64,000 nt of DNA from Enoplolaimus lenunculus (taxonomy: Eukaryota), in the NCBI GenBank assembly GCA_030248215.1, contig JASANG010002365.1, positions 124,001 through 188,000 on the forward strand, in the 5' to 3' direction. Below, in pieces: positions 38,110 through 50,899 of this stretch (the first letter of the stretch is position 1; every line of letters begins with the position of its first letter). The notes beneath the pieces are model-generated. The model was not told where the DNA came from. It saw nothing but the letters and a program-made list of their open reading frames with translations, and did not search any database. The translations under genes and the position numbers were made by a program.

Positions 38110-38261
38110 AAATTATCTAAAGCCGTTACAGTAGTATAAGCATATTTCTAAGCCTAAGCCTAAGCGTAAAAATGAGTTTATAATCAAGCGTAACCTTGTC
38201 TAAAGATTATTCGATTGCAGTGCCGCAGAAAAACGTTCCGCCGCTGATGTTTACATTGGCC
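38110..38261. mobile_element. Partial family A MITE just after the GRIP stop codon
   Basis: CTAAGCCTAAGCCTAAG core. End reads GAAAAACGTTCCGCCGCTGATGTTTACATTGGCC. Confidence 0.65.
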
Positions 38262-39053
38262 AATCAGATTTGCGCCATTAAACGTTTATTGAGTTCAGGG
38301 ACTGCAGTTGAAATGTCTGTTAAACAGTTTGGGTTCGAAAATTGTGTGTAATTGTTGCGGTGTTTGAACCATTTTCAATACTACTGCAAGCTCTGGTTTA
38401 AAATTCAACATCAGATGCAATTTTTCGACTTACATCCGAGCGAGAATTACAATTTTTAATTAAAATTCTTCGTTCAGTGAACAAAATCAAGAGTCAATAA
38501 TGGCTCTTTTTACAAGAGTGTGCAACTGAGTACATTCTGTGTAGAATATAATGTTCCCGGCGCAAGTTGGGTTTTTGGCCTACACCCCCTTTATTTAGAA
38601 GGTGGTACAACCAAGGCGAACCTTGGCACTTTATGATCCGGCATTAAATATGCTCCGCTTAACTTAGGGTTATATTTTTTATGCGACATCAACCCTCTCT
38701 AAATAAGGAAGGCTGGCCATAAACGCAACGCCCGGTGGTACATTTTGTACCATGTGGAACCATTTTGATAAAATTAAGTGGTGTAATACTTTCTTCTTGA
38801 AAAATATTGAACTTTCTTGAACGCAGTAACCTTATTTAATTCGATTGTAGTAAATTATTGTTTTCCGTTTTTATTTGAAATTGTGGAAAATTGATCAAAA
38901 TCAACGTATCGTTTGCCGAAAGTTTTAGTCAAATCCGCTTGCCGTTAGCTACTGACTTAAGTAAATATATAAAAAGTTTAGCCCATAACAATAGATTGAC
39001 CCATGGCGCCAGGTGAACGTGTCTAAACAATAGTTTCTAATAAAACGTTTGAC

Positions 39054-39224
39054 CAGTGGCGGATCCAGGATCTCAAAATGGGGGGCAAAATTTCACAGGC
39101 AATAAACTTACTTTTGACTAACACACAATCAACGAACTATTGTCACAAAATTGCTATATAATTTTTGTCGAGATGCTGTAGGGGGCCCACGGCCGGGGTG
39201 GCCCTCCCCATGGATCCGGTATTG
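39054..39224. mobile_element. hAT-like MITE (CAGTGGCGGATCC terminus)
   Basis: Perfect TSD CGTTTGAC. Related reverse copy at about 29260-29616. Confidence 0.72.
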
Positions 39225-39735
39225 CGTTTGACCCTATTTCCATGTATACGGGCTCATCCGAAGGACTGCATTTAACTCAGGCAGCAACTCGACTTCGGTA
39301 TCCTGTAGAATTTTTGCTAGAAGTTTCGGCAATTTTGGCATTTTTCATATTTTATAAATGTTGTTACGTGCAGTAGGTTTTTTTAGTAATTTTCGAGCAA
39401 TTTTTAAAATTTGAAGTGTAGAGTTTACTCAAAAAGACGCTAAAGCGCCTTAACTTTTGACACAACACTGCATTTAAATTTTCTTAAATTTCACAATTTA
39501 TACATTAAATTTAACTGCGCAATTTTGTTTCAAACCGACCTTTCATTCCGGTTTGGCAAAAGTTGGTGATAATCGACAACGGTATTTTTCTCTACCGGTA
39601 GAATCATTCCAGTAACTTTTACTGTTAAAGTTTATTGGGATGTACACCAAGGTCAAGCGATTATGTATTATTAATATTAGGGCCAATGTTAATTTTAGGG
39701 GCGTAACAGTAGATTGAGCGTATTCCTAAGCCTAA

Positions 39736-40967
39736 TGCGGAATTCACGTTATAACCGGGGCAGGCGGAACACGGTTTGTCCCATGTTGATTCGACGTAAA
39801 CGTTAAAATTCGAGCACTTATATCGGGTTAACAGACAAAATTACAATATCATATGACATTTACTTACAAACCACCGCTCTCAGAAGGTCAATGTGTACCA
39901 GAGTCGGTATGTCACGTGATACTTATGCGGGGTTCACGTTATAACCCGGCAGGCGGGACAAGTTTTGTCCCATGTTGATTCGACGTCAACGTTAAAATTC
40001 GGGCTATTATATCGGGACAACAGACAAAACTCGAACGTCATATGACATTAGCTTACAAACCACAGCTCACAAATGATCACGGTGTACAAGGGACGGTGTG
40101 TCACGTGATACTGTGGGACATTAATGAGAATATCATATAATATTCCAAAATTTCAACGAATATGATATGATATTTAGCGTGAAAGTGTAACCTTTGGGTA
40201 CCAATAAATGAATGAAAAGTTGAACGGTAGCGGCACAAATGTGCTTTAAATACCAAACACACGTCTGCAAATCGTTTCCGACACCAAATCGCTTAAAACC
40301 ACAGCTTCATAATTCAAAAATTCAAATTTCAAATTTTAGTATCATATGATATTCACCAGGACAATTTGGAATGTTACCTCAAGTATGCAGACATCTGAAA
40401 ATATGTCATATGATATTTGCAGACAATACCTCGAATATCATATGATATTGAAGTACAAAAGGTGACCCAAGCATCTTAATAGCAGACAAATACGCATTTT
40501 TGAATGAAATATATGGTCTATATGCGCACAAAATGTTACCCAAAGTCTAATAGGGACAAAACGTGTCCCAAGCTGCCCCGGTTATAACGTGAACTCCGCA
40601 TTAGGGACATTTATGCAAATATCATATGATATTCCAAAACTACAACGAATATCATATGATATTCAGCTGGACACTGCAATCTTCGAGTGCTAATAAATTG
40701 ATGGAAACTCGGACGACAGAGACACACATGTGCGGAAATAGCAAATACACGTGTGCAAATCCATTTCCGACACAAAATCGCTCAGAAAAACCCTATCATA
40801 ATTCAAAAATTCAAATTTCAAATTCTAGTATATGATATTCAACAGGACAATTTTGGTATGTTACCTCAAGTATGGAGACATTTGAAACTATATTATATGA
40901 TATTCGCTGACAATGCGTCGAATATCATATGATATTGAAGGACAAAAGGTGACCTACACATCCCGCA
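39736..40967. mobile_element. PIF/Harbinger-like MITE (TGCGG...CCGCA, TWA TSD) with a full copy of the same family nested at 39926-40600
   Basis: Inner copy TTA|TGCGGGGTTCACGTTATAACC...GGTTATAACGTGAACTCCGCA|TTA. The outer copy starts after TAA at 39733-39735 and its right TIR is mostly lost. Confidence 0.78.
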
Positions 40968-41394
40968 TCACCAGAAACCTTTTATACTGAAAAATTGAAC
41001 AACTTTTTTTGTTGACCACCGAAAAGTAATGATGGCTAAATAAATGTGATGGGTAACAAGTAAAGCAATTTTGCGCGTGTATACCCGCAGATAAACAAAT
41101 GAAACTTGGGCAGATGAGGCGCCTGCCGAATGAAGGATTGGTCGGATCACCTTTACATCAGTCGTTGCTCAATAAATGGTGTCTTTATATGCTGAATATA
41201 AAATCAAACCGCTCACATCACAGTGGTTTACTTGATATATTAAAGATCGGATAACAAAAATATATTTGTCACTAAAACCAAAAATTCCTACTCAATCATT
41301 GTTATTACGGCACTGAATAAATTTTTTTCTAAATAACAAATGGAATTCCGCGTTCGAATATGCGTTAGTGTTTATTTCGTTCGGAAACCGTCGA

Positions 41395-41458
41395 CTATCT
41401 TGATCCGCCAGCCATAATCCAACAGCTATCAAATTCTGGTGTACCAAAACAGTTGTTT
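41395..41458 (-). CDS. CHH/ITP-superfamily neuropeptide precursor, terminal exon
   Basis: TTTCAG acceptor, phase 2. Encodes (R)NNCFGTPEFDSCWIMAGGSR*, which supplies Cys5 and Cys6 of the CRxxCFxxxxFxxC motif. AATAAA on the minus strand at 41371-41376. Confidence 0.88.
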
Positions 41459-42788
41459 CTGAAACAAGTATACTGGAAAATTTAGCAAAGTTGAAAAAGT
41501 TTCCGAGAGCGAACAATAATTTTAGACGTTGCTTGTGAAAAAAAACTATATTTTTAAGTAAAAAAAATTTTCGTAGCGATGTAAATTAGAAAGTATGAAA
41601 TCACAGCATTAAAACTAAACATTATACGACAATATGTTCAATGTTTAGTTATTTTTAGCTGTGTTGGTTTGGGCACATATTCTCAAATGCGTATAGCACC
41701 TGGCATCAGTTAGCGAAAAGTTTTCAAACTGACGAACATCTGCAATTGTACATCTCAAAATTGGTACAGAAGTAGGGCAAATCAAACGCGAACAATGTGC
41801 TGAATTTCGAACCTCATCATGTGCTGGTACCAGAGTTACAGGACCTAACACCAACTGATGATTGATAGGTGCAACACATATTTCAGAATACGGGCTCTGA
41901 TAATAAGTGAAGCCTAAAAATTTAGCTAACTTCTTCTAGTGAAATAGGCAAAATTTTAAATTTTAAATATCCAAATGTTTTAAAACGTTCTTGCAGCTAA
42001 ACGACAGTTGTTGCTCTATTTTAAACTTGAGAAACAAAATAAAATAGTTCAATTTCTTTATGTAAAATCAGTTATACTGCAGTTCTAAATTTCGTTTTTA
42101 ATTTTTTGACAAGTTTAAATTGTTTAAATTGCATTTAAATAATCGGTTGCTCAATTCTACCTTAATATATATAAAAAATGAATTCATAAATGCGACCAGA
42201 GAAATTCTCTTCGCTTACAAAAATTGCTCTTAGAAATATGTTCGCTCCGAGTTATAAGCAATGCGAAATTTTTGTACCATATTGAATTTGAACATAAAAA
42301 AATAGCGGCCCCCCCCGACCAATACCGCCCCCCCTTCCATGCCCCACCAAAGACCGGCAATTACTAGCGGCGAAGAGTGGTTAAGTGTATTCCTAAGCTT
42401 ATTGTCTGAGTGGTGCAAAAATGTGTTCCTAAGCCTAAGCCTAAGCAAAAATGTAATCTAGAATCTAAACCTACTCTTTTATAGACCCGCCAGTAACCTG
42501 GACGCCCCACATGGTCCTAAACATCAATGGTGGAACGTTTTTCTACAGGACTGTCATACGCTTAAGCTTTAAATACATTTTGACTTATGCTTCGGTGTAA
42601 CGTTATTCTTTCGCCTAGGCTTAAACTTATATATAAGGTTATTGTTACACTTAGTTTTCTGGTCAGGAATATGCTTATACGACTGTTACGGCCCTGATTG
42701 ATACATTGACTGCGTTTTGTATTTAGAATTTTTTTGTTGCGAATCTGGAGATTTAAACGGAATCCACATTATAAACATGTGTTTGTAC

Positions 42789-43366
42789 CTGCATTTATAA
42801 TGAAAATCTGGATCACCAGCACCGAACATTTGTTGACAATCATAGCATAGCTTGTCGAGTACCGAATGCAACACTGGATCTTGATGGATTTTGCAATCCT
42901 TACGCTTATCGAACAGCGGTTCTATTGCGCGTTTGTCGCCGATCCGTTTCGCATCGTCGTCATCGGTAGGTTTCGTCGACTCGAAACTGAGCGGACGGCT
43001 GAAAACGAGCATTTTTCTAACTGGAACAGACAAAATTACTTTACGAGTGGCGTCTGCTGGGATATCCGACGGTGTTGAGTATACGCTTGCAGCAGTGCAA
43101 TCAGTTGCTGTCAAAATTTGACACATAACCACGGCAAGTACAACAGGTATTAGCCCAATTGTTCGCGGTGGCTGTTGGTGTTGTTTAAGCGACCCGTGAC
43201 GACGCAATAATGCTCGTCGATCCGATGACGTTGCCCAATTGCTTGATTTGGCGGTTGCGGCTTGCGCGCGAAAAGATTTATTTAGCATAAATAGCGATAC
43301 TTTTGTAGTCGCTAAGTTAGTTGCATAACACGTACTGATTGGTGCTACTTGTTGTTCACTGTGCAT
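42789..43366 (-). CDS. CHH/ITP-superfamily neuropeptide precursor, coding exon 1
   Basis: ORF with a hydrophobic signal-like stretch (IGLIPVVLAVVMCQILTA), KR sites, then DCKIHQDPVLHSVLDKLCYDCQQMF...YKCR. Donor AG|GTAC at 42788. TTTCAG acceptor about 55 nt upstream of the ATG. The true start codon is uncertain. Confidence 0.85.
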
Positions 43367-43562
43367 TGTGATACCCGAATTAGTTGCGGTTTTAGTAAAT
43401 TTTAATTAATACCAGCTAAGACTGAAATATTTAGACAAATATATTGATGCTTTTATAGAAATAAAAACGGAAATAACTGTTATTAAGCGATAGCTGTGTT
43501 TTTAAGCAATTTTAGCGAGGTCACCTTGATAGTTGGTATCAACATTTTTCAGGATGGATGTA

Positions 43563-44010
43563 CTGTAGTGACCCGCATAAGAGGTAGGACTGATATTTAG
43601 TTGGCATCTCCAGAGGGTACCCCGTTGTTATTCGGTTACGGACTGTTATTTATTTTTAACTCACGCTCTGCCACCCTTCGCTACTGATATATATCCGGCA
43701 CTGCAACTATCCGTAGAATTAAACGTTTATTTGTCTTTTGTCAATTGCGTGAGCGATCATGCAAGGTTATACGTAGGAATGTACTTTAAAAGTTAAAGTA
43801 CGCTTTAAAGTTTCGAACTCACCTTTATTTGGCCCTGGAGGTATTTATGCGCTACAATTAGGGATAATTGACATTTATGGACTCTAATTAGGGTTTAGGG
43901 CCTCTATCCGCTTACGGACTCTTATTAGGGAAACAGATTCGCGCTGATTAAGACTCAAAATGGGGACCCTCTTTTATTATTCCACGCCCTCTTATTCGGG
44001 TCACTTACAG
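43563..44010. mobile_element. MITE family D
   Basis: TA-flanked TIRs, colinear with 8689-9113. Confidence 0.8.
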
Positions 44011-44452
44011 TACAAGTTTTTCTCTGATTTCTTACCGGCAGCGTTGCAAATTTTCTACCGGGAGGAGGCAAATTTTTAACAAAGGGATGACCCCCTGAAA
44101 CTTCTTTGGCTACCAGCCCTAAACGTGCCGTTTGTATCTTAAATTTAAAATATAAAAAGTGCAACGAGAGGGGTGATTTAGAAAATATACTGCCACAAAT
44201 TCATAGGAGCACTCATACTTCTAAAAACAACTAAAAATAACCGTTTGGGTGCTGGAAGCGAGCCAGAACCTACATTTTCTCTCTACTAAAATCTAATCCA
44301 TGTTATTCTATATGTCTTGACTTTAACTGGGGTACTTAGTCATGATTTTGTACATAAACAACAGTTTAATATTAAGCAAACCGCAATAAAGACGAACAAA
44401 AATGTTTCACAAACTATGCACACTTAGGAATAGTTTTCCGATCTGACGTATA

Positions 44453-44830
44453 CTGTAGTGACCCAAACAAGATAGGGTAATAAGAGGGGGTCCGCATTTT
44501 GAGTCCCAATCAATAGGAGTCAGTATCCCTAATAAGAGACCGTAAGCGGACAGAGTCCGTGAACCCTAATTAGTGTGCATAAACGTCAAAGATTCCTAAT
44601 TGTAGAGCATAAATGACTCCAGGACCAAATAGCGTTGAGTTCGAAACTTTAAAGCACACTTAAGTTTTCATTTTTAAGTACTTATAACACCTTGCATTAT
44701 GGCTCAGGCTATTGATACAAGACAAATAATATTTAATTCAACGGATAGTTGCACTACCGGATATATATCAAAAACGAATGGTGGCGAAGCGTGGGTTAAA
44801 AATAAATAACAGTCCGTAACCGAATAACAG
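44453..44830. mobile_element. MITE family D, reverse orientation, truncated
   Basis: Reverse complement of family D. Right TIR missing. Confidence 0.7.
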
Positions 44831-45168
44831 ACATTCAAAGATACCAGTGAACATAAAAATGTCCCCTTCAAAGGAATGTCCGAAAACATCGCCTACCCTG
44901 ACCGAAAACATTTTTTGTGGCAAGAATATACGAATTTTATGCTGAAAATAAATTTTCTAGCCCCCCATATATTAAATGTTTCTCGGCGTAGCAAAACGTT
45001 CTGGCTACTCTGCTAAACGTAAAAGGTTCTTAAACCAGTTTTAGTCAGGTTTATTAAAAAAACCATAAACTCAAATCTAAACTGTCAGAAAAGCTACGTT
45101 AACCATTGTTGACACAATCTTGTATTTCATTTCTATACTTAACACATGATATATTAATTAAATATTTA

Positions 45169-45634
45169 GGGTTGCGCTATACTTGACATCCAGCGCCGCC
45201 CGTCACCGTCACCGTCACCGTCCGCCACCGTCCGTCACCATACGTTATCGTACGTGAGTTATTTGCGTACGATATCGCACGGTGACGGACGCCGCCGTAC
45301 AGATGACGCACGGTGACGGACGCCGCCGTACAGATGACGCACGGTGACGGACGCCGCCGTACAGATGACGCACGGTGACGGACGGCGCCGTACAGATGAC
45401 GCACGGTGACGGACGGCGCCGTACAGATGACGCACGGTGACGGACGCCGCCGTACAGATGACGCACGGTGACGGACGCCGCCGTACAGATGACGCACGGT
45501 GACGGACGCCGCCGTACAGATGACGCACGGTGACGGACGCCGCCGTACAGATGACGCACGGTGACGGACGCCGCCGTGCGGTACCGTACGGGTGACAGAC
45601 GGCGCTGCCCGTCAAAAAAGTATACCGCTACATT
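45169..45634. repeat. Family G MITE with a 31-bp minisatellite (GCACGGTGACGGACGCCGCCGTACAGATGAC)
   Basis: Begins TTA|GGGTTGCGCTATACTT. About 10 units at 45277-45577. Confidence 0.82.
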
Positions 45635-46468
45635 TGGTGGGTATATAACACTCAAAATTGAACTTGATATTAAATTTAAATATTATTTGAGTTGAATGTA
45701 GCATATATACTACACATCAAGTCAAGTGATGACCGAAAATATCGCTGAATTCAACTTTAAGTTCCAATCTACATTATGATGATTATGTGAACATTCATTG
45801 ACACAATTTTGCTCACCCACAGTATCATATTGTATACCCACAGTATCATATTGTATTAACGCCTCGGAGCGCATATGCCAAAGTATAAGCTTTATAAGCA
45901 TATTTAGCATGATTTTTAAATCATAAGTCTTAAAATCAATGCATGAGGTTATTGAATATGAAAAAAGTTTCGCTCGCCACCTCGTTTGCTTCAAGGCAAT
46001 GGTCAATAAAAATGAAATATTAAACGGTGATAACAAAAATGGTCTGACATGAAATGTACCTTTACCCGACGCCATCCTAATTTGAAAAATATTGCACCTT
46101 TGGTGCAGTTCAGGTTATAAGCATTGCGTTTGTAACGCTGTTATTTGGCTTCTTGTTCGTTTCGCTCATGAAATTTTTAGTCACTATTGCATATTTCGCT
46201 CACGCGTAAGCGCATTCTGTTTTTTATCAACCGCTAATCCTCAAGGATACCATAAAAGGGTTCCATCTTTTACCAGCTGGGAGGGTGGCATCAGATACAC
46301 TGACTGCGGCATGATGGCGTACATTCAGGGTTTGAGATTCAACATTTTGTACATTTGGATAATATTTTTGTTTCATGTCATTATAGTAAAACTATCACAG
46401 GTAAAATTCCCGCGCTATAGCTTCTCGACAGACACACCGATAAAAGCACAGAGTGGGATAACTGAACT

Positions 46469-46818
46469 CGCCATTGGCGAATAATAAATCATGGCTTAAA
46501 ACAGTTACAGGGGATAACCGCCATTGGCGAATAATAAATCGTGTCTTAAAACAGTTACAGGGGGTAACCGCCATTGGCGAATAATAAATCATGTCTTAAA
46601 ACAGTTACAGGGGGTAACCGCCATTGGCGAATAATAAATCGTGTCTTAAAACAGTTACAGGGGGTAACCGCCATTGGCGAATAATAAATCGTGTCTTAAA
46701 ACAGTTACAGGGGGTAACCGCCATTGGCGAATAATAAATCATATTTTAAAACAGTTACAGGGGGTAACCGCCATTGGCGAATAATAAATCATGTCTTATA
46801 ACAGGTACAGGGGGTAAC
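46469..46818. repeat. 50-bp minisatellite
   Basis: CCATTGGCGA recurs at exactly 46471, 46521 ... 46771 (7 copies). Confidence 0.9.
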
Positions 46819-47436
46819 AACAGACAAAACGTTTAGGGACCATTTTGAAAGACAAATGTTTCGTTGCAGATATTTTGCGCAATAATCCTTGCATATCTTT
46901 AAATTGTGCGTACCAGGGTACAGCCGGAGGTGTGCCTCGCGCTCCGACTCCGGCATGAAATTGGCCTCCGACTCCGGCTCCGGTATAAAATTGACCTCCG
47001 GCTCCGGTTGAATAGCTGCCGGAGGTTCAGGCAATTTCGGTAGAGAAATGTTGCCTAATTTTGCAAAATTCATTTGTTTGGTGCGTTTCGTTCTAACTTT
47101 TGGTTCAATTTTGAGGCAAACATTAGTTAGATTTTATAAAATGTAACGCGTAACAAAGAACCTAAAACAACATCTAACAGATATTTGGTAAAATTATCAA
47201 ATTAAACATCATTTGAACTATCTAATCTCGCTTCACCTCCGGCTTGCTTCATTTTCGGCTCCGACTTGAGCAAAAGTTGTTGACCTAAACTTACGACTCC
47301 TTTATTTTTCACCTCCGGTTACACCCTGGTACCTACGGGACTATGGTATTTGTTTGCAAATTTAGCATTCGCATATATATGTCACTGTAACATTCATAAG
47401 CATTCTAGTCGTCCTATAATCCGTTATCGTTATGAT

Positions 47437-47608
47437 GGCCCAAGTTACTGTAAGAGGCGTCCAGGTTTCTGGTGGGTCTATAAAAGAGTAGGCTTTGATT
47501 CTAGGTTATATTTTTTGCTTCGGCTTAGGAACCCATTTTTGCAACGCTTAGGCTTAGGCTTAGGAATACGCTTAATCTACTGTTACGCCCCCTAAAGTAA
47601 CATTGGCG
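47437..47608. mobile_element. Family B MITE
   Basis: Family B termini. Perfect TSD GTTATGAT. Confidence 0.8.
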
Positions 47609-48578
47609 GTTATGATTAATCCTTGAGGGAGTTAATTCAGCATTACCAATTTAATTCACTCAACCTATAACCAAAAGAACACCGGCCTTATTTGTTTAAT
47701 ATAATCAAAGACGTAATTCTACGCTGAATCGATTCGGTGGCTAAAAATGATTTGAAATATACATTGCTAAAAATCTTAAGGGAATACAAATTTTAGGCAA
47801 ATAACTCATGCGTTTACCAGTAAAAATCACGCTAATTACACAAATGATAATAGAAATAATTATCCAAAAACTCTGGATTTTATGAAATATCATAAAAAAT
47901 TATTATTTGTTTGTTTAGAGACCGCTGGGAATAATGAATCCACATGGGGGGGACAGTAATGAAACTTGTATGAGATTTTCTACCGCAAATAACAGTTTTT
48001 TTGGCTGTTTTGTTACTAGGATTTAACCTTGCGTGGTGGTCTGACGATACTACAGTAAACAAGATGCAGCCGACCAGAAAATTCTTCGTGGAAATAATAT
48101 TGAGTCAAAAAAACAGATAATCATAGTAAAATATGAGTTAAAAAGTTTTCAATTTAAAAATTGATTGTAACAGCAACCAATGCTTACGGTATCAACTATT
48201 AAAGTTTTGTCAGAAATTACCTGTAATAAAACCGCTAACCTATGCATTTTTTTACTCCGTTTGTACCCTGAAACCGTCGGAATGTCTTGGAAATCGGTTA
48301 AAATTTCGCTAATAAAAAATTCACAATAGACGCAACATTTTTACAAAAAAAGCAACGCTTTGCTTATCATGATAACCCGCGAAAGTGCACGCAAAGCAAC
48401 ATGATGTTAGCAATTTTTAGCCCAAATATTAATAGTATTGCTATAATTCTAAATCTCAGACTCGGAATTAATTTTATTTTCTTCTTTGTTCCACAGCTGA
48501 AATGAGGCTGATGATGTCTTAATTCAAGTTATAAAGCATGATACTCAAGCATAAGCTTGAATTTTACCGGTATCTAAG

Positions 48579-49027
48579 TGCTAATGTTACTGTTAGGACC
48601 GTGACAGTAGATTAAGCGTATTCCTAAGCCTTAGCCTAAGTCTAAGCGTTGTAAAAGCGTATTCTTAAGCCTAAGCCTAAGCCTAAGCGTTGCAAAAGCG
48701 TATTCATAAACCTAAGCCTAATCCTAAGCCTAAGCGTTGCAAAAGCGTATTCATAAGCCTAAGTCTAAGCCTAAGCTTAAGCCTATGCGTTGCAAAAGCG
48801 TATTCATAAGCCTAAGCATAAGCGTTGCAAAAGCGTATTCATAAGTCTAAGCCTAAGCCTAAGCGTTGCAAAAGGGTATTCATAAGCCTAAGCCTAAGCT
48901 TAAGCGTTGCAAAAGCGTATTCCTAAGCCTAAGCCTAAGCCTAAGCAAAAAATGTAGTCTAGTATGTAAAGCCCACTCTTTTACAGACCCATCAGAAACC
49001 GTGACGGCCTTAAAGGTATCATAGGCC
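48579..49027. mobile_element. Family B MITE with expanded (GCCTAA)n-GCGTTGCAAAAGCGTATTC array
   Basis: Degenerate family B termini. TSD TATCTAAG/TTTCTAAG. About 8 internal units of variable length. Confidence 0.75.
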
Positions 49028-50254
49028 TTTCTAAGTGGAACCTTTAAATATTTTCAAGTTGTTTGGAATATAACCACAACTTGTCGTCACTAATATTCAA
49101 TTCTAAGCGAGTTAGTCCAATAAACACCTGTTCAGCCTAAGGAAATGTTCGAATGTTGAGATACTAAATTTGTCATTTCGTAGATAAACATTTGACAATT
49201 TCGCTGAAATATACACGTTTACAAGAAAACGAAACCAAAACTTTGGCCTTTTTTAAGTTTCTATTAATCTGAAAATGCCGTTTTAACACTGTAAACATTT
49301 GTTAATATTTCTAAATTCGAACTTAATATTATTTGTTTTGAAGAAAATTAAAAAAATTTTATTTCTTTTACAAAATTTTGAAAAATGAAATAAACCAAAA
49401 ATTATGGTTCATTTGATAGAAAAAATATAACCAAAAAACACTATTTCATTTCATAGAAACACTGGCCAGTTTTAGGGGCGTAACAGTATAGATTAAGCGT
49501 ATTCCTAAGCTTAAGCCTAAGTCTAAGCGTTGTAAAAATGCGTTCCTAAGCCTAAGCTCAATCCTAAGCAAAAACGTAATCAAGAATCTAAACCTACAGT
49601 TTCATAGAACCACCACAAACCTGGACGCCCATAAAAGTAAAATAGGCACTCCTAAACGTAACATGGACCGAAACATGTTATTAAAATTAATCATTGTGAA
49701 CATTTATAAATTTAAATTCGCAAAATATAGTTTCAAACCAAATTATATGAAAATATATTTTATCGCAATCCAAAAAATATTTTTAAGGTTGATTACGCAT
49801 TTACAAGCAACATCAGGTATTCGCAACAAGCCACAACGGTTTAAAATTGACCACAAACCTCATAAATATAACTAGATTAGCCTGAATTATCTCTTTCTCT
49901 GTGTGTGGGAAGATATTCCCACGCGGTTGTATTCTAATCACCGTAAAATAACAAGCGCTCATATTATTATTTAACGTTCCAGATATCCAGATCATTCTAT
50001 AATGAATTTTAATCAAAATGTAGCCTAAATATTCATATGGCACCTAAAGGTGGTGGTTTGACTAAAATATCGCAGTGTTATTATGCTTTGAAGTGCGACA
50101 ACATGACCAAGCCATTAAATTTACACTGAAGCAAAAGCAGAAACATCCATAGTATCCGGTATCAAACAGGTATCGGAATATAAAACTTATCCTGGAATTT
50201 TAGCCGGAATTCGAATTTCGTTGACACCCTGCAATTACTGATAGGTCTGTTTAA

Positions 50255-50516
50255 ATTTTCTCACATGAATATTTTCTGTTTCCCCTGAGACCTACATTTA
50301 TGCTAGGATTCGAACTCCGGTTACTGGAGTGGGAGGCGTATGCCATCACCACTCAGCTATAGGAGCTTGACGCTCGAGCCCGAGGAGACTCTCACGTCTT
50401 GTGGTGATTTAGTACTATGTATACGTGTTGCAATTGTTAAACATGGTGCGATATATATTATTTAACGTATACAAACTGCGCTGAGTTGCCTATAGGCAAC
50501 TCAATGTGAGAAGGGG
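50255..50516. mobile_element. piggyBac-like MITE (family E)
   Basis: Nearly identical to the 33801 copy. TTAA flanks. Left TIR decayed. Confidence 0.8.
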
Positions 50517-50664
50517 TTAATAATGTTATTGTGGTTTTGCGTCATTATGTGGCTGATATTTTAAAAAGCGTATCTTAATTAAACAAAAATAGGATTTTTA
50601 AAATTTGTTTAACGGAACAAATTTCTAAAATTAATGAAAAAACTTAGGGGATGGTCCATATTTC

Positions 50665-50899
50665 GGCCCATGTTTAGAACAGGGCCGGGTCGTTTTCCGA
50701 TAACGCTGTAATATAGTATGTTTAAGCTTTAGACTAACTTTTTTGCGTAGGCTTAGGCTTAGGCTTAGGCTTATGCATAGGCTCATCCTTACGCTTAGGC
50801 TTAGGCTTAGGCTTAGGCTTAGGCTCATCCTTACGCTTAGGCTGAGGCTAATAGGAATATGCTTATACTACTGTTCCGGCCCTGTTCTATACATTGGCC
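50665..50899. mobile_element. Family A-related MITE
   Basis: GGCCCATGTTTAGAACAGGGCCGG / CCGGCCCTGTTCTATACATTGGCC. TSD CATATTTC/GATATTTC. TTAGGC tract. Confidence 0.78.

Noticed and set aside
39681..42517. One giant family B element enclosing the ITP-like last exon (left end 39681, right end about 42517)
   Set aside because: The two halves overlap in consensus position and share no TSD, so they are more simply two independent truncated copies.
46469..46818. CRISPR-like look of regularly spaced palindromic repeats (also 52918-53280)
   Set aside because: There are no unique spacers, the units are identical end to end, the context is eukaryotic and no cas genes are present.
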